64,000 nucleotides of DNA. Origin: an uncultured virus (IMG/VR IMGVR_UViG_2061766007_000322). Its lineage: Duplodnaviria > Heunggongvirae > Uroviricota > Caudoviricetes. Positions 20,052 to 30,904 of this stretch are shown piece after piece (position 1 is the stretch's first letter; the number at the start of each line of letters is the position of its first letter). The DNA lies in IMG/VR virus record IMGVR_UViG_2061766007_000322; one strand, given 5' to 3'. The notes under the pieces are model-generated. The model saw only the letters and a program-made list of their open reading frames with translations, was not told where the DNA came from and did not search any database. Position numbers and translations under genes: made by a program.

Positions 20052-20549
20052 TTATGATGTAATAGAATCTAAACGAGATTTTAATGATTCATAATTACTA
20101 TTAATAGTTGTAATATAATCACTTATTTTTTTACTCGACCATGTTAGAAATGTACTTGTAATAGAATCATCTATTTGCGTATCTGGTTTTGTAGCAAGTC
20201 CAGCATCCATTTGTTCAACCGTTATAAAATCACTATCCTCAATAGCCGTTATTCTATCATTAAGTGTTTTAACTACACGAGCATCAACAATTTTACCAGG
20301 TTCTGTTATATCCATACTTGTTGTAATAACATCTGTGTCAAAATCAGTTACATTTATTTTAGATTTAAGGGCAAGTGAACCCATTTTATTCACAATATGC
20401 TGAAGATTTGCAACATCACTTGGAATTACAGACACATTGGAATTTCTGTCTATAATAACCTTATCTCCACTTGTCTCTGGGTAAATAGTTTGAACATCAT
20501 TATTGTCGTCAATAACATTAAGTTTCCCTTTTATAATACTACTTGCCAT
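20052..20549 (-). CDS. Short tail-fibre-like protein, paralogue of 15146-16222
   Basis: Shared ~108-aa N-terminus; IDDSITSTFLTWSSKKI motif common in phage fibres. Confidence 0.55.
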   Translation of the reverse strand: MASSIIKGKLNVIDDNNDVQTIYPETSGDKVIIDRNSNVSVIPSDVANLQHIVNKMGSLALKSKINVTDFDTDVITTSMDITEPGKIVDARVVKTLNDRITAIEDSDFITVEQMDAGLATKPDTQIDDSITSTFLTWSSKKISDYITTINSNYESLKSRLDSITS

Positions 20550-20592
20550 AAATAAAAACCTACCTTTCTTTAATAATTTTTATTATTAAATA
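20222..20592 (-). repeat. Direct repeat copy 2
   Basis: Matches 15895-16265; ends at an N gap. Confidence 0.9.
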
Positions 20593-20803
20593 NNNNNNNN
20601 NNTACTAATTTACTTAAAAGGATGTGTTTACCATGTCAAAATATGAATATAATCAACTTGTTGAAAAATTTGATTTTATATGTTATAAAAATAATAAAAT
20701 CACATCCTTATAAAAAGGATGTGATTTTATAATGTTATTAAACAATTTTCGAGATACCCATTTATCAAAAGTAGAATACTAACAACATTACTATTTTGTT
20801 ATA

Positions 20804-21985
20804 TTAATTATTTTTTATTATTTCACTTAATGGACTATTTAAATATATCTTTATTCTCTCAGGTTTTATATCTCTTTTATATTCAACGCTGATAAAATAT
20901 GATACCTTTTCTTCTATAGATTTATTTGGGTCTAATAAAGGAGCATTTTCTATGTTCCATTGCTCTAATTCTTTTTTATCTTTTTCCCTCTTTTCATCCA
21001 TATACCCATTGACAATATTTATTTTTACGTTTTGATTAAATTTATATTTATCATTTATTACTTTTATAATATACTCTGGATTATCTATATCTGGTGGAAT
21101 ATTAAATTCAAATCTTACCTTATTTATTACACCATCTTTAACCATATCGTTAATTTGTGATAGTTTATTATTAAGTAAAACCATGTCTTTAAATATCCTA
21201 TTATCATATCCAAAGTATATAGTCTTATATATCTCAGCATATTCATTTTCTATAAATATATTATCATATTCATCATTTTTCTTTTCAATATAATACATTC
21301 CTTTTGGATCTTCTTCACCAAATATCCATCTATTCAAAGAACCACAATAAATTACGTCATCATTTATATTTGTATTAATATGATAATGACCAAAATATGT
21401 TTGTCCTTTACAAGCATACATAAGTTCTCCTGTACTAAATACAGGAACTTTCTTTCTTTTTGATTCATCTTTATCACTGTTTAAAGCAGCTTCTTTCATT
21501 ACTTCTCTTATTACTCCATGCCCAAAGATGTAATCATATTTTTTTGCATTAGATAAATATTTACTATAATATTCGCTTTTATTATAGACATGCTCTTCAG
21601 GAATATATAATACATTAAAATCGGGGAACAGTTCTTCATCTTCACAATAATGAATTACTTTTATATCAAAATTAGTTTTAGCTGTTTCAATGATTTTATA
21701 TTGTTTCCATTCATGACTTTCTGTACCATATACAAATCTTATTTTTGGACTTATACCAATTTCTTCACATATAGAAATAATTTTTGTAAATACCAAAAAG
21801 CTATAATAACTTAAAGAATCATTAAGTGATGCTTTATGATCAAAGAAATCACCCAATGAAATAATGAAATCTGGTTTATATTTTTTAATACTTGCAAATA
21901 ATACATTTTCAATTTCACTATATTGTTGTGTTAAATTCATAGCTCCAATGTGTAAATCTGCAAATATCAATCCTTTTATTTTCAT
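20804..21985 (-). CDS. sbcD: SbcD/Mre11-like metallophosphoesterase nuclease
   Basis: ADLHIG, LGDFFD, GTESHE, GHG, GHYH, YCGS motifs. Confidence 0.85.
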   Translation of the reverse strand: MKIKGLIFADLHIGAMNLTQQYSEIENVLFASIKKYKPDFIISLGDFFDHKASLNDSLSYYSFLVFTKIISICEEIGISPKIRFVYGTESHEWKQYKIIETAKTNFDIKVIHYCEDEELFPDFNVLYIPEEHVYNKSEYYSKYLSNAKKYDYIFGHGVIREVMKEAALNSDKDESKRKKVPVFSTGELMYACKGQTYFGHYHINTNINDDVIYCGSLNRWIFGEEDPKGMYYIEKKNDEYDNIFIENEYAEIYKTIYFGYDNRIFKDMVLLNNKLSQINDMVKDGVINKVRFEFNIPPDIDNPEYIIKVINDKYKFNQNVKINIVNGYMDEKREKDKKELEQWNIENAPLLDPNKSIEEKVSYFISVEYKRDIKPERIKIYLNSPLSEIIKNN

Positions 21986-22064
21986 ATAATCACCTCATTA
22001 AACAAAAGTCTTTTTAGTTATAAAAATAAAAAATATAAATTATATTTTAGAATTTTCTCTTAGT

Positions 22065-22074
22065 TATATATTAT
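22065..22074 (+). promoter_or_regulatory. Early-type promoter motif
   Basis: TATATATTAT. Confidence 0.65.
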
Positions 22075-22249
22075 TTTATAGTATCAGTAGACCTTATATG
22101 TGAAAATCAAGGACATTAAATTATATATTAAGTTACTATAAAAATTTAATCATCACATAACTTTAATATAAAATTGTCAATCCTTGTAATTCATTAGAAT
22201 TAGGTTGACGGATATAAAATATTATATTATGGAAAGGGTTGTTAGACTT

Positions 22250-23044
22250 ATGGCAAATAACAACAACACAAACATTGAAACACGTGGTGGATTGTTCCCT
22301 GATGTAAATAATCTGAGGTACAACATCACAACTGAGCAGTGCGAAGCATACTTACAGAAGAAGTTCAACACAACGCTCGCACTTATGAAAGCAGGTAAAT
22401 GCAAAGATAAAAACGGTAATCCGATACCTGCAGTTGACTTGGGAGAAATTACTATTCAGTTAAAAACTGCATCAGCTCTCCACTCAAAAAGAATGTTTCC
22501 GTTTATGCTTCTGATGCCTCCTGCGGTTCTTGTAGATTGGGAGAATAACGAGAAACAGACAAAAAGAACAGGTCTGTCTTGCTTTTATCAGAATCAGGCA
22601 GATGGATATGATCAGAAAAGTACACTTCACCAGCCAATAGCCGAACTTATTAAATCAATCGGTTTCGATGAAACGAATCGTAATTGGTTGCTTGGTAAAG
22701 ATGGAGTGCATCACCGTAAAGAATACGATCTTACAGAACACGATGCGAGGCTTATAACGATAGAATATGCAAAGCCTAAACTCATGACGGCAGGTCGTGG
22801 TAAAGACACTACAAGAATGGTTACTCTTTATGTTGACCCGTTCAAAATCTTCAAGGATATGTTGGTTATGGATGATCCTAAAATGAAGGCGAAAAATTTT
22901 GAACCTGTCTTGCTCGGTACGCCGACAAAAATAAAAGATGGAAACTATTCATATTATGTTCAGAGAAAGGTTTCATCTGGTAAGCACGGTAAAAACAGCG
23001 GTGATATTAATAGCATTGAAGCAAAGATGCAGCGTGGACATTGA
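22250..23044 (+). CDS. Hypothetical early protein (264 aa)
   Basis: GAAAGGG RBS supports ATG 22250; own promoter motif and terminator. Confidence 0.7.
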   Translation: MANNNNTNIETRGGLFPDVNNLRYNITTEQCEAYLQKKFNTTLALMKAGKCKDKNGNPIPAVDLGEITIQLKTASALHSKRMFPFMLLMPPAVLVDWENNEKQTKRTGLSCFYQNQADGYDQKSTLHQPIAELIKSIGFDETNRNWLLGKDGVHHRKEYDLTEHDARLITIEYAKPKLMTAGRGKDTTRMVTLYVDPFKIFKDMLVMDDPKMKAKNFEPVLLGTPTKIKDGNYSYYVQRKVSSGKHGKNSGDINSIEAKMQRGH

Positions 23045-23086
23045 TTTTGCAGCACATTTGCTTTAATATAAACATCATATAATTAT

Positions 23087-23136
23087 AAGGAGAATCTGTT
23101 GATATGACCCCGTCAACAGATTCTCCTTGGCTTTTA
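23087..23136 (+). terminator. Intrinsic terminator
   Basis: AAGGAGAATCTGTTGA/TCAACAGATTCTCCTT perfect stem. Confidence 0.7.
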
Positions 23137-23182
23137 TATATGCTATATAACACTTTCTGATATATCCAAATAAAAAATTAAA

Positions 23183-23226
23183 TGAGCTCGTGGGATTACA
23201 TATTCCACGAGCTCAATCTTTTTTTT
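23183..23226 (+). terminator. Second intrinsic terminator
   Basis: TGAGCTCGTGG/CCACGAGCTCA stem plus T run. Confidence 0.7.
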
Positions 23227-23285
23227 ATAATACTTAGAACTTTGAATTAACAATTCCAAAAATAAAAGAAAGGGGGTAATTTCGC

Positions 23286-24383
23286 ATGGCATTATATGAT
23301 ATCACTGATCCGTTTTCAGTATGTTTTAATATGATGAAAATTAAGTATTCAGACTATGATGAATACCTTACAAATGCGAACTTCCTCAAAATTCATGATA
23401 AAGTAAATATTTTTATAAATCTTGAAACGGTATTTAAATACCTTTCAATGATTAATGACTTGGAAAAAAAGCTTATATTGCAGAAGAAATTTGATGTAAT
23501 ACTTGTAAGCAATATAATTAATTTAGCGGCTCATTATAAACGATTTTTTATGAACAATGGGTTTGATACGAGGGTTTATTTGTATCATACGGATTTTAAC
23601 AGTAAAAGGTTTAGTCAAAGAAAATATAATGAAGACTATAGACTTTATTATCTTCTTAAGTATAATGACAATCCAAAGTTTGTATATTTAACAGATTCTC
23701 TTAAATCAAGAATACTTAAAGAAGTTAAAGCTATATGCGAATTTATTCCTCGTGTATATTATATTTCTGGACTTGATATAGAGGGTTCGGAAATTCCGTA
23801 TATTATCGGTAATGAAGACCCAACAAGAAAAAATATTATTCTTTCAGGAGAATTTTATGATACTCAGTATTCTCTTATTCCTAATTATTTTATAAGTTAT
23901 TTTCATAGCTCAATCGGATATAGAGCCATATGTAATAATATAAAGGATTGTCTTAAAGAAATTACAAAAAGAAAAGATTCTGAACTTGATTCCTTTGTAA
24001 GTACTTATAATAATTACGGAATGTATTGTTCACTTCTTTCTGTACTTGGAGATAGGTCACGTTCTATAGATGGGTTAACAGGTATCGGACCAAAAATTCT
24101 TGAAAAAACAATTCTTCAAGGACTTAGTAGAAATGAACTCAAACTTACAACAAATAATCCAGAACTCATAGGAAATATATTTCACGATAATAAAGTAAAG
24201 ACTGAATTTATTAATAATTATTATTGTAGTAGCATAATTTCTGGTTATGATGAGTTGATGGATAGCTATAAAATCGGTATATTCAACCAAAGAAAAGACA
24301 GATTAGATATTGATTCTCTTGTAAAATTAAATGCTACAAGATTTAATTCATATCCTTTAATACTTGAAATACTTACACAATAA
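23286..24383 (+). CDS. Flap endonuclease / 5'-3' exonuclease (T4 RNase H-like fold)
   Basis: H3TH-like motif LGDRSRSIDGLTGIGPK; N-terminal PIN-like strand; acidic active-site residues look partly divergent. Confidence 0.65.
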   Translation: MALYDITDPFSVCFNMMKIKYSDYDEYLTNANFLKIHDKVNIFINLETVFKYLSMINDLEKKLILQKKFDVILVSNIINLAAHYKRFFMNNGFDTRVYLYHTDFNSKRFSQRKYNEDYRLYYLLKYNDNPKFVYLTDSLKSRILKEVKAICEFIPRVYYISGLDIEGSEIPYIIGNEDPTRKNIILSGEFYDTQYSLIPNYFISYFHSSIGYRAICNNIKDCLKEITKRKDSELDSFVSTYNNYGMYCSLLSVLGDRSRSIDGLTGIGPKILEKTILQGLSRNELKLTTNNPELIGNIFHDNKVKTEFINNYYCSSIISGYDELMDSYKIGIFNQRKDRLDIDSLVKLNATRFNSYPLILEILTQ

Positions 24384-24401
24384 TAAAGGAGATGAGTTTA
24401 T

Positions 24402-25688
24402 ATGGCATTTATTAGCAGTACAGATATAATGCAATTATGGCAATATAGAATTTCTGAATTTAAATTATTTATTAATGATGGAAAAACGAATATAAAAGAA
24501 TATGATTTGAAAGAGAGACTTCGTTCTATTATTATAACAAATGATTATGAGGGTAATTTATATCCATTATTCAGAGTAGGTTGCGTTATGGAAGCTGATG
24601 TGTATTATGATATGATACGATACAAAAATAACAGTCAAATACACATCAGAATACAAAAGTTTTATAGAAAAGTCGGTGAAGAGACTACAAGTCTTGTGAG
24701 AGATTACATCAATGATAAATTTAATTTAATTCTTGAAGATTCTGATTTTGATACTGGTAAAGCTACAAGAGAACATCGTGATAAAAATAATTATAAACAA
24801 AGATCGGAAAGCACATATAATGACTTAGTATATGTAGATAATGATGTTGAATTATTCTTATATAAAAAGGAATTTAATGAAAAACTCAATATTCTTGTAA
24901 ATGCAATTTTACAAGATGCAAACACGTTCGATGCTCTTTTATATTTATTTGATAAAGCAAAATTGAAAAATATTCTTATATCAAGACCTGATAATTCTAA
25001 TAACTATAAAGAATTAGTTATACCACCTATGAAGATAAAAGATGCTATTAAATGGGTTGATACCTATTATGGATTATATAATACAGCTATGATGTTTTAT
25101 GTTGATATTATTAAGGGAATTACTTATATTCTTAAATATAATGGTCAATGTACTGCATATAGACATAATGAACCTCAAAATACATGTATTATGATACCAA
25201 AAGATAAAGGTATTAATCATATGATACCGTGCAATCTTAAAAAAGAAGATAACGATACTGATTATATTGTTGTGAACAATGAAACGGTTCATATAAGAAA
25301 TGAATCTATAACTCATAATATGTTAAATGAGTCTGATATTATATCCATTGATAGCTATTCTGGTAATATAAATACTTTAAAAAGTGATATAAATATAGGT
25401 GAACAAAGAAGTGTTAAGGTAATAGAAAATAATACAGAGAATCCTTTTTTTGGAAATATTTATGTAAGTAAAATCGGGACAAAAGATACGGTTGTTGAAT
25501 TAACTTTGAGTGATTTTGATATTGATAGTATAACTCCAAACAGAAAATTCAAGTTATTGTTTGAAGATTCTGAACTTGCAAATAAATATAATGGAAATTA
25601 CAAAATAACATCTATAGCGCATACGTTTTTAAGAAATGGAAGAGATTTTAAAATTAATAGTATTGCTATAATGAAAAAAATAAAATAA
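24402..25688 (+). CDS. Probable baseplate/tail hub-like virion protein (428 aa)
   Basis: Beta-rich; C-terminal YNGNYKITSIAHTF resembles baseplate hub proteins. Confidence 0.45.
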   Translation: MAFISSTDIMQLWQYRISEFKLFINDGKTNIKEYDLKERLRSIIITNDYEGNLYPLFRVGCVMEADVYYDMIRYKNNSQIHIRIQKFYRKVGEETTSLVRDYINDKFNLILEDSDFDTGKATREHRDKNNYKQRSESTYNDLVYVDNDVELFLYKKEFNEKLNILVNAILQDANTFDALLYLFDKAKLKNILISRPDNSNNYKELVIPPMKIKDAIKWVDTYYGLYNTAMMFYVDIIKGITYILKYNGQCTAYRHNEPQNTCIMIPKDKGINHMIPCNLKKEDNDTDYIVVNNETVHIRNESITHNMLNESDIISIDSYSGNINTLKSDINIGEQRSVKVIENNTENPFFGNIYVSKIGTKDTVVELTLSDFDIDSITPNRKFKLLFEDSELANKYNGNYKITSIAHTFLRNGRDFKINSIAIMKKIK

Positions 25689-25689
25689 T

Positions 25690-25726
25690 AAAGAGAGATA
25701 TATGGATATCCATATATCTCTCTTTA
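25690..25726. terminator. Bidirectional terminator
   Basis: AAAGAGAGATATATGG/CCATATATCTCTCTTT palindrome between convergent genes. Confidence 0.8.
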
Positions 25727-25730
25727 ATAA

Positions 25731-28505
25731 TTACTGAGTGTTGGGATTTGTCTCAGAAGTATTATTGGTGTTTTTATTATCAGCTGTATCTGTATTTTTT
25801 ATTTTAGGTGCTAAACCAAACAAAACTTTCAAATAGTCATTGTTCCTATCACGAATTGCAGTGAGAATACAACCAATGTAGTTTCTTACACATGTCTGAA
25901 TCCATGTTGTTTTTTGTGTAATATCTGCACCAGCATTATTATTTTGATTTGTACTGGTTGTACCTGTCGTTGATACAGTAGGTGTAGTGGTTGTATTTGT
26001 AGAAGGTTGTGTATTATTTTGGTTACCTTCTTCATAGAAAATTGAACAATTTGTAGCCAAGTCAGTAAACGCTTCAGTAGTATAAGTCTTAATAATATTT
26101 TCCATACTATTTTCGACATCTTTAAGTTTTTTATTTAAAGAATCATAATATGTGGTATAAAATACTTCACAATATGGAATCATATGCTGTGATACATATG
26201 TTTTTATTTCGTTATTAGAATATTTAACTGTTTCAAGTTTATTATTACCAACTTTATAATATCTTGTAATTGTTGTTTTTTCATCTTCATTTGCATTAAA
26301 CGTAATACCAGTAATAAGCTTAGTTCTAAGCTCTTCATATGTATTAATTTTTGTAATATTATCCTTATTCATAGTATTTATATTTGTAACAAATGATGTG
26401 ATGTCCTGATCAATTTTCTGAGTTGTAGGACCTCTATCATACGGAAGAATATTAATTTGAACATTGGTGTAGCTTCTATTTAAAAGCCCATCTTTATGTT
26501 TTGCAATCCAATCTGTATTTTTTGCTTTATATTTATTAATCATATTTGTAAATGCATCAACCATCTTTTTAAACCATTCAGCAGTAGATTTAAGAATATC
26601 ATTAAGCTTATTGCTATCAAGTTTAGTAGATGTTGTTGAATTTTTTGATTCTTTATTATCATTTACAACAACACGCGTATCTGGTTTATTTTCATTATTT
26701 GTATTAGTATCTCCATCAGCTTCATAAACAAGTCGAACACCTTTTTCAAGATATTCTCTTTCAGAATAGTATTCTTTCATATATATATCCATATACAAGT
26801 CAGTTAAATCATTATGTATATCAATAATATCAAGAGCCGCTTCACCCATAAAATTTCTATTAGGTGTTGGTATAAGTTCTTCAATATTAGTTTTATCCTC
26901 AGAGCCAACGTTATCAAGGCACTGCTCTGCTTTTTCAGAAAGAAGCTTTAACCTAAGATACATATTATCTGTAATTGATTTTGTTATACTTTTATATTGC
27001 TCTTTAAGAGATTCTAAAAGAATCTTAAGTTCATTCATTGTCTCTGAATATCCAAGTTCACCATTAGCCCTTGATGTGAAAAGATTATCTACATATTCGA
27101 ACTTCTGCCATATATCACAAACGGTTTTAGCAATAGTTTCCATATTTTTAGGATAATCAATTATTTCTGATAATATTCTAAAATATACATCAGTTTTTTC
27201 ACCACCATTACCAATAGATAACGCCGAAATTCCATAATTACTTATTTCTTTAATTCTGTCAATTTCGGTTTTAAATCTTTCCTGAAGAGGGATTATAAAA
27301 CCGGATTTGTTTTTGAGGTCATCAAATACCATCAAATAGTCGTCACTATTTTGTGCAAGAATATCGAGACCATTTCCAATCTCAATATATAATTTGGTAA
27401 TATCTTCATATACTTTTTTGTCATAATTATTATCTTCAATAATCTTAGCTATAATTGTGTTACTATCAGATTTATCCATTCCAAACTTATCAAAAATATA
27501 TCCTTTGTGATATTCAATAATACTATTTGAGAGTTCAATAAATGCATCTATCTGACCATTAAATATAGCTTCGATTAAATTATTACCATCTGCAGCAGTA
27601 ATAATTCTTGTATCATATGCCCCAGCTTCTACAAGACTCATTTCAGTAGAGAATATAAGTGTGAGTTTATTATAAACTTCTTGAATTGCTGTGATATTTT
27701 CTTCAATAATATGAATTTTACGCATCTGGCAATATACTGTATACTTGATTACTTCAAGAATACTTCTTACCGTATTATAACAATAATTAAGAATAATACT
27801 CATTTTGTCATCAGGAATATTAACTGTATTAAGAGCCTTCATTGTAAGAGAAATTTCATTAATATCATTATTTATTTCTCTGATAATAAGATTTGTTTCC
27901 GTAGTAATTGAGGTTTTGATTTTCTGGAAATTCTTAATATATGGAATTACAACAGAGTTAATATACTGAAGTGTAACAGGAACTGAAATATATGATGAAT
28001 TAGTAATAAATTCTTTAGGATTATCAATATAAGGAATATTATATATTTCAACAACACGCTGTTTAAGCTTATCCTTATATGATGATGCATTCATAGTTTT
28101 AAGATTAACTATAATATTATCAGCGTCAATCTTACCACTAAGAAGATCATTAATATTCATCTTTAAATTAGTAACAGATTCTTTTAAATACTGAGGTTTT
28201 ACAAAAATCTTACCAGTATTAGTAATATCTTTCATCATTAATCCTGAACGTTCTACTTTAGTCGAACCAAGAACTTTTGTCATGAATTCAGTCATAGCCA
28301 CAGAATCAACATCAATATTATTTAAATTTCTAATAGCAGATTCTAATAAAATAGTAGACTCCGAATTCTTAATGAATACAAGAAAATCTGCAATCTTTTT
28401 ATTAAGTACACTATTAGAAATCATAATGAAACTTGACGAATCATACTCATTAAAAAATGTTGATTCATCAAATACATATTTATCAAGTAAATCCAATGAG
28501 CCCAT
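25731..28505 (-). CDS. Large helical putative head protein (924 aa)
   Basis: LLES/LVEA/VYEA/TTEA motifs separating domains; C-terminal region resembles the paralogous family. Confidence 0.55.
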   Translation of the reverse strand: MGSLDLLDKYVFDESTFFNEYDSSSFIMISNSVLNKKIADFLVFIKNSESTILLESAIRNLNNIDVDSVAMTEFMTKVLGSTKVERSGLMMKDITNTGKIFVKPQYLKESVTNLKMNINDLLSGKIDADNIIVNLKTMNASSYKDKLKQRVVEIYNIPYIDNPKEFITNSSYISVPVTLQYINSVVIPYIKNFQKIKTSITTETNLIIREINNDINEISLTMKALNTVNIPDDKMSIILNYCYNTVRSILEVIKYTVYCQMRKIHIIEENITAIQEVYNKLTLIFSTEMSLVEAGAYDTRIITAADGNNLIEAIFNGQIDAFIELSNSIIEYHKGYIFDKFGMDKSDSNTIIAKIIEDNNYDKKVYEDITKLYIEIGNGLDILAQNSDDYLMVFDDLKNKSGFIIPLQERFKTEIDRIKEISNYGISALSIGNGGEKTDVYFRILSEIIDYPKNMETIAKTVCDIWQKFEYVDNLFTSRANGELGYSETMNELKILLESLKEQYKSITKSITDNMYLRLKLLSEKAEQCLDNVGSEDKTNIEELIPTPNRNFMGEAALDIIDIHNDLTDLYMDIYMKEYYSEREYLEKGVRLVYEADGDTNTNNENKPDTRVVVNDNKESKNSTTSTKLDSNKLNDILKSTAEWFKKMVDAFTNMINKYKAKNTDWIAKHKDGLLNRSYTNVQINILPYDRGPTTQKIDQDITSFVTNINTMNKDNITKINTYEELRTKLITGITFNANEDEKTTITRYYKVGNNKLETVKYSNNEIKTYVSQHMIPYCEVFYTTYYDSLNKKLKDVENSMENIIKTYTTEAFTDLATNCSIFYEEGNQNNTQPSTNTTTTPTVSTTGTTSTNQNNNAGADITQKTTWIQTCVRNYIGCILTAIRDRNNDYLKVLFGLAPKIKNTDTADNKNTNNTSETNPNTQ

Positions 28506-28528
28506 TTATGATTTCACTCCTTATTAAT

Positions 28529-29809
28529 TTATTTTATATTTTTCAGAGTTTTAAAATGTCTCTGATATGTATCGGCAATGGTATTATTAGCTGTTGAATC
28601 AGCACCATCGTCTGCATCATGTTGAGCAATTCTTTTTATAAATGCATCATCATATGTAGTCTTATCATAATCTGATTCTTTATCTTTTTTATGCTGAAGT
28701 GTTCCAGACGCTCTTGCATAAGCTTCATCCTTTGTTACCTTATCATACTCTGATTTATTATCAAGTTTATGCTGAAGTGTTCCAGACGCTCTTGCATAAG
28801 CTTCATCCTTTGCTTTATTTTTATTTTCAAGATTTTCAAGCACTCTTTTTGTATCTCTATTTACAAGTTCTTGTCTATAGTCATTATATAATCTATTGGT
28901 TTTACTTTTTGGTGTAAATTTATCTAAAAATTTTGCAATACCATTTTGTATATGTTCAATTAAAGTTAAATTTTTCATTCTTGCAGCGTCATGAAAACCA
29001 TTTCTTTCACGTAAAATTTGTAACATAGCAGTATGATAACCAACTTTAACGTCTTTAGGGAATCCATTTTTATCTTTTTTAGATAAAGCCCCTTCACAAG
29101 ATAACCTATCTGCAATTTCAGCTTCAAGTTCTTTATTTTTTGCATTACTTTCTTGAAGTACGTCCCTATTTTTTCTAAGAACACCATTTAACGTTGCAAC
29201 TGCTTGTATTGCTTTAATAACGGTTACAGTAGCAGCACCAACTTTTACTATTTTCCAAGTCTTTTCATCTTCGTTAAACTTTTTCTTTGCTTTTTCCCAT
29301 TTACCTTTTAAAGTATTAGGATCAACATCCTTCTCTTTAGACATACGGATAATTTCTTCAAAAGCAGTATCAAGCTCTTTTAAAGACTTAATATCTTTCA
29401 TTTCAAGAGCTCCACTATTAAAAGCACATACAGCCTCATTCTTAAGTTCAGGATGCTTTTTAATAAGAGCATCTAATTTTTGTAAATCGCTCTTACTTCC
29501 AAAAGCAATTTCCTTAATTTTATCTATAGCTGACTGAATGGCAGCACGTACTTTTTCAAAAATAGCAATAACCGTTTCACCAATTTTCTGAAAGAAATTC
29601 TTTTTCTTCTCTTCATACTCTAACATAAGAGTTTCATCTACGGAACCAGTTATTTCTTGTTCAATACTAACCCTCTCTTCAAGTAATGACATTTCATAAC
29701 AAATACTATCTGTATTATCATAAATACCATTAATTTCATCAGAATATTCTCTGAAAAGCATGTCTGTCATAGGGGTTAATGTGTTATTTACATATCCTAT
29801 ACTAATCAT
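28529..29809 (-). CDS. Putative internal head protein, paralogous family
   Basis: 'NFFQKIGETVIAIFEKV' helix and KKHPELKNE shared with 4632 (SKHPEIKNE); late-type promoter at 29851-29862. Confidence 0.6.
   Translation of the reverse strand: MISIGYVNNTLTPMTDMLFREYSDEINGIYDNTDSICYEMSLLEERVSIEQEITGSVDETLMLEYEEKKKNFFQKIGETVIAIFEKVRAAIQSAIDKIKEIAFGSKSDLQKLDALIKKHPELKNEAVCAFNSGALEMKDIKSLKELDTAFEEIIRMSKEKDVDPNTLKGKWEKAKKKFNEDEKTWKIVKVGAATVTVIKAIQAVATLNGVLRKNRDVLQESNAKNKELEAEIADRLSCEGALSKKDKNGFPKDVKVGYHTAMLQILRERNGFHDAARMKNLTLIEHIQNGIAKFLDKFTPKSKTNRLYNDYRQELVNRDTKRVLENLENKNKAKDEAYARASGTLQHKLDNKSEYDKVTKDEAYARASGTLQHKKDKESDYDKTTYDDAFIKRIAQHDADDGADSTANNTIADTYQRHFKTLKNIK
28689..28811 (-). repeat. Coding repeat with 78-bp period (KDEAYARASGTLQHK x2)
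   Basis: Identical ~45-bp blocks at 28689 and 28767. Confidence 0.85.
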
Positions 29810-29873
29810 AATAAATCTCCTTTCATTAGTAAATCTTAATGTTAAGACATTATATCTATGTTTTCAAGCTTAT

Positions 29874-30341
29874 TTACGGTACAACTATATACGTTGCATT
29901 TGTAACTTTTTTATTAATTTCTCTAACGTCTTTTAAGTCATTATATCTTTTTAATAAGCTATTTTTATACGCGGTTAATTCATCTGTAAAAACCTTATCA
30001 TAATTAATTTCATCAAAGCGTATATCTACAGTATTATTTCTTTTAATATTTTTCTGTAAGTTTATTTTTCTATCTATATCAATTATTTCCACGAGTAATT
30101 CTTTCTGCTTTATTGTATTTTTATATTCATCAGAATCGTTAAGTATTTCTTTAACAGCAGAATCAAATGATTCTCTATCTGAAATAAGACCGATACCTAT
30201 TAATATACGGATAATTACTTCTATAGATGCTGTTGAAATGTATGATTCTAATGCAAAATTAAATTTATTTATAAATTCCATAGTTTCTGGACTTATATAG
30301 TCACAATCTTTTGAAGATAGATTTATTTTATTATTATCCAT
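29874..30341 (-). CDS. Hypothetical protein, divergent member of a three-gene paralogue cluster
   Basis: SIEVIIRILIGIGLISDRESF aligns loosely with neighbours. Confidence 0.6.
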   Translation of the reverse strand: MDNNKINLSSKDCDYISPETMEFINKFNFALESYISTASIEVIIRILIGIGLISDRESFDSAVKEILNDSDEYKNTIKQKELLVEIIDIDRKINLQKNIKRNNTVDIRFDEINYDKVFTDELTAYKNSLLKRYNDLKDVREINKKVTNATYIVVP

Positions 30342-30395
30342 AATTAAATTTCTCTCCTTTCATCATTGTAGATTATATCTTTGTCTTGCACATAA

Positions 30396-30437
30396 AAAAT
30401 CCATCTGAACTTGAAATACAGTTCAGATGGATTTTTA
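30396..30437 (-). terminator. Intrinsic terminator
   Basis: AAAATCCATCTGAACT/AGTTCAGATGGATTTT stem. Confidence 0.7.
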
Positions 30438-30438
30438 A

Positions 30439-30864
30439 TTACTGAGTATTATTATCGGAATTTTCAATTTTTATAACATTATCTGTTTGTTCCTGTTCAA
30501 TTGAATCAACGTCATTACTATCGTCATTTTCTGTATTATTTTTATTAGAATTAATTAAACATATAGATTCTTTTATAGATTCACCATTAGCAGCAAATGC
30601 TTCAATAGTTTTTCTATCGTTAATAAGTTGTGTAAATAATACAGTTTGGTATTCACTTTTATCCAAATATCTCATTTTAGACATTAATTCTATAAGACTC
30701 TTAATATTGAGATTGCTTAAATATAACGATAATTCCAAATTATGAATACGAATATTTGTTTGCATATCTTGTGGAAGACTACTAACCTCTTCCGAAGAAA
30801 GATTTATATTCGCAGCATTGATTAATTCATTTGTCGCGTTTATAAGAACTTCTTGTAATCCCAT
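30439..30864 (-). CDS. Hypothetical protein, paralogue of 30905-31288
   Basis: HNLEL motif shared; GGAGG RBS. Confidence 0.7.
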   Translation of the reverse strand: MGLQEVLINATNELINAANINLSSEEVSSLPQDMQTNIRIHNLELSLYLSNLNIKSLIELMSKMRYLDKSEYQTVLFTQLINDRKTIEAFAANGESIKESICLINSNKNNTENDDSNDVDSIEQEQTDNVIKIENSDNNTQ

Positions 30865-30904
30865 TTTTTGTTTCCTCCAAATTATTATTTATTATAGTTT
30901 TGTC

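Noticed and set aside
20633..20713. 26-codon ORF with AAAGGA RBS after the N gap
   Set aside because: Too short, runs into a hairpin and lies beside an assembly gap; probably a remnant
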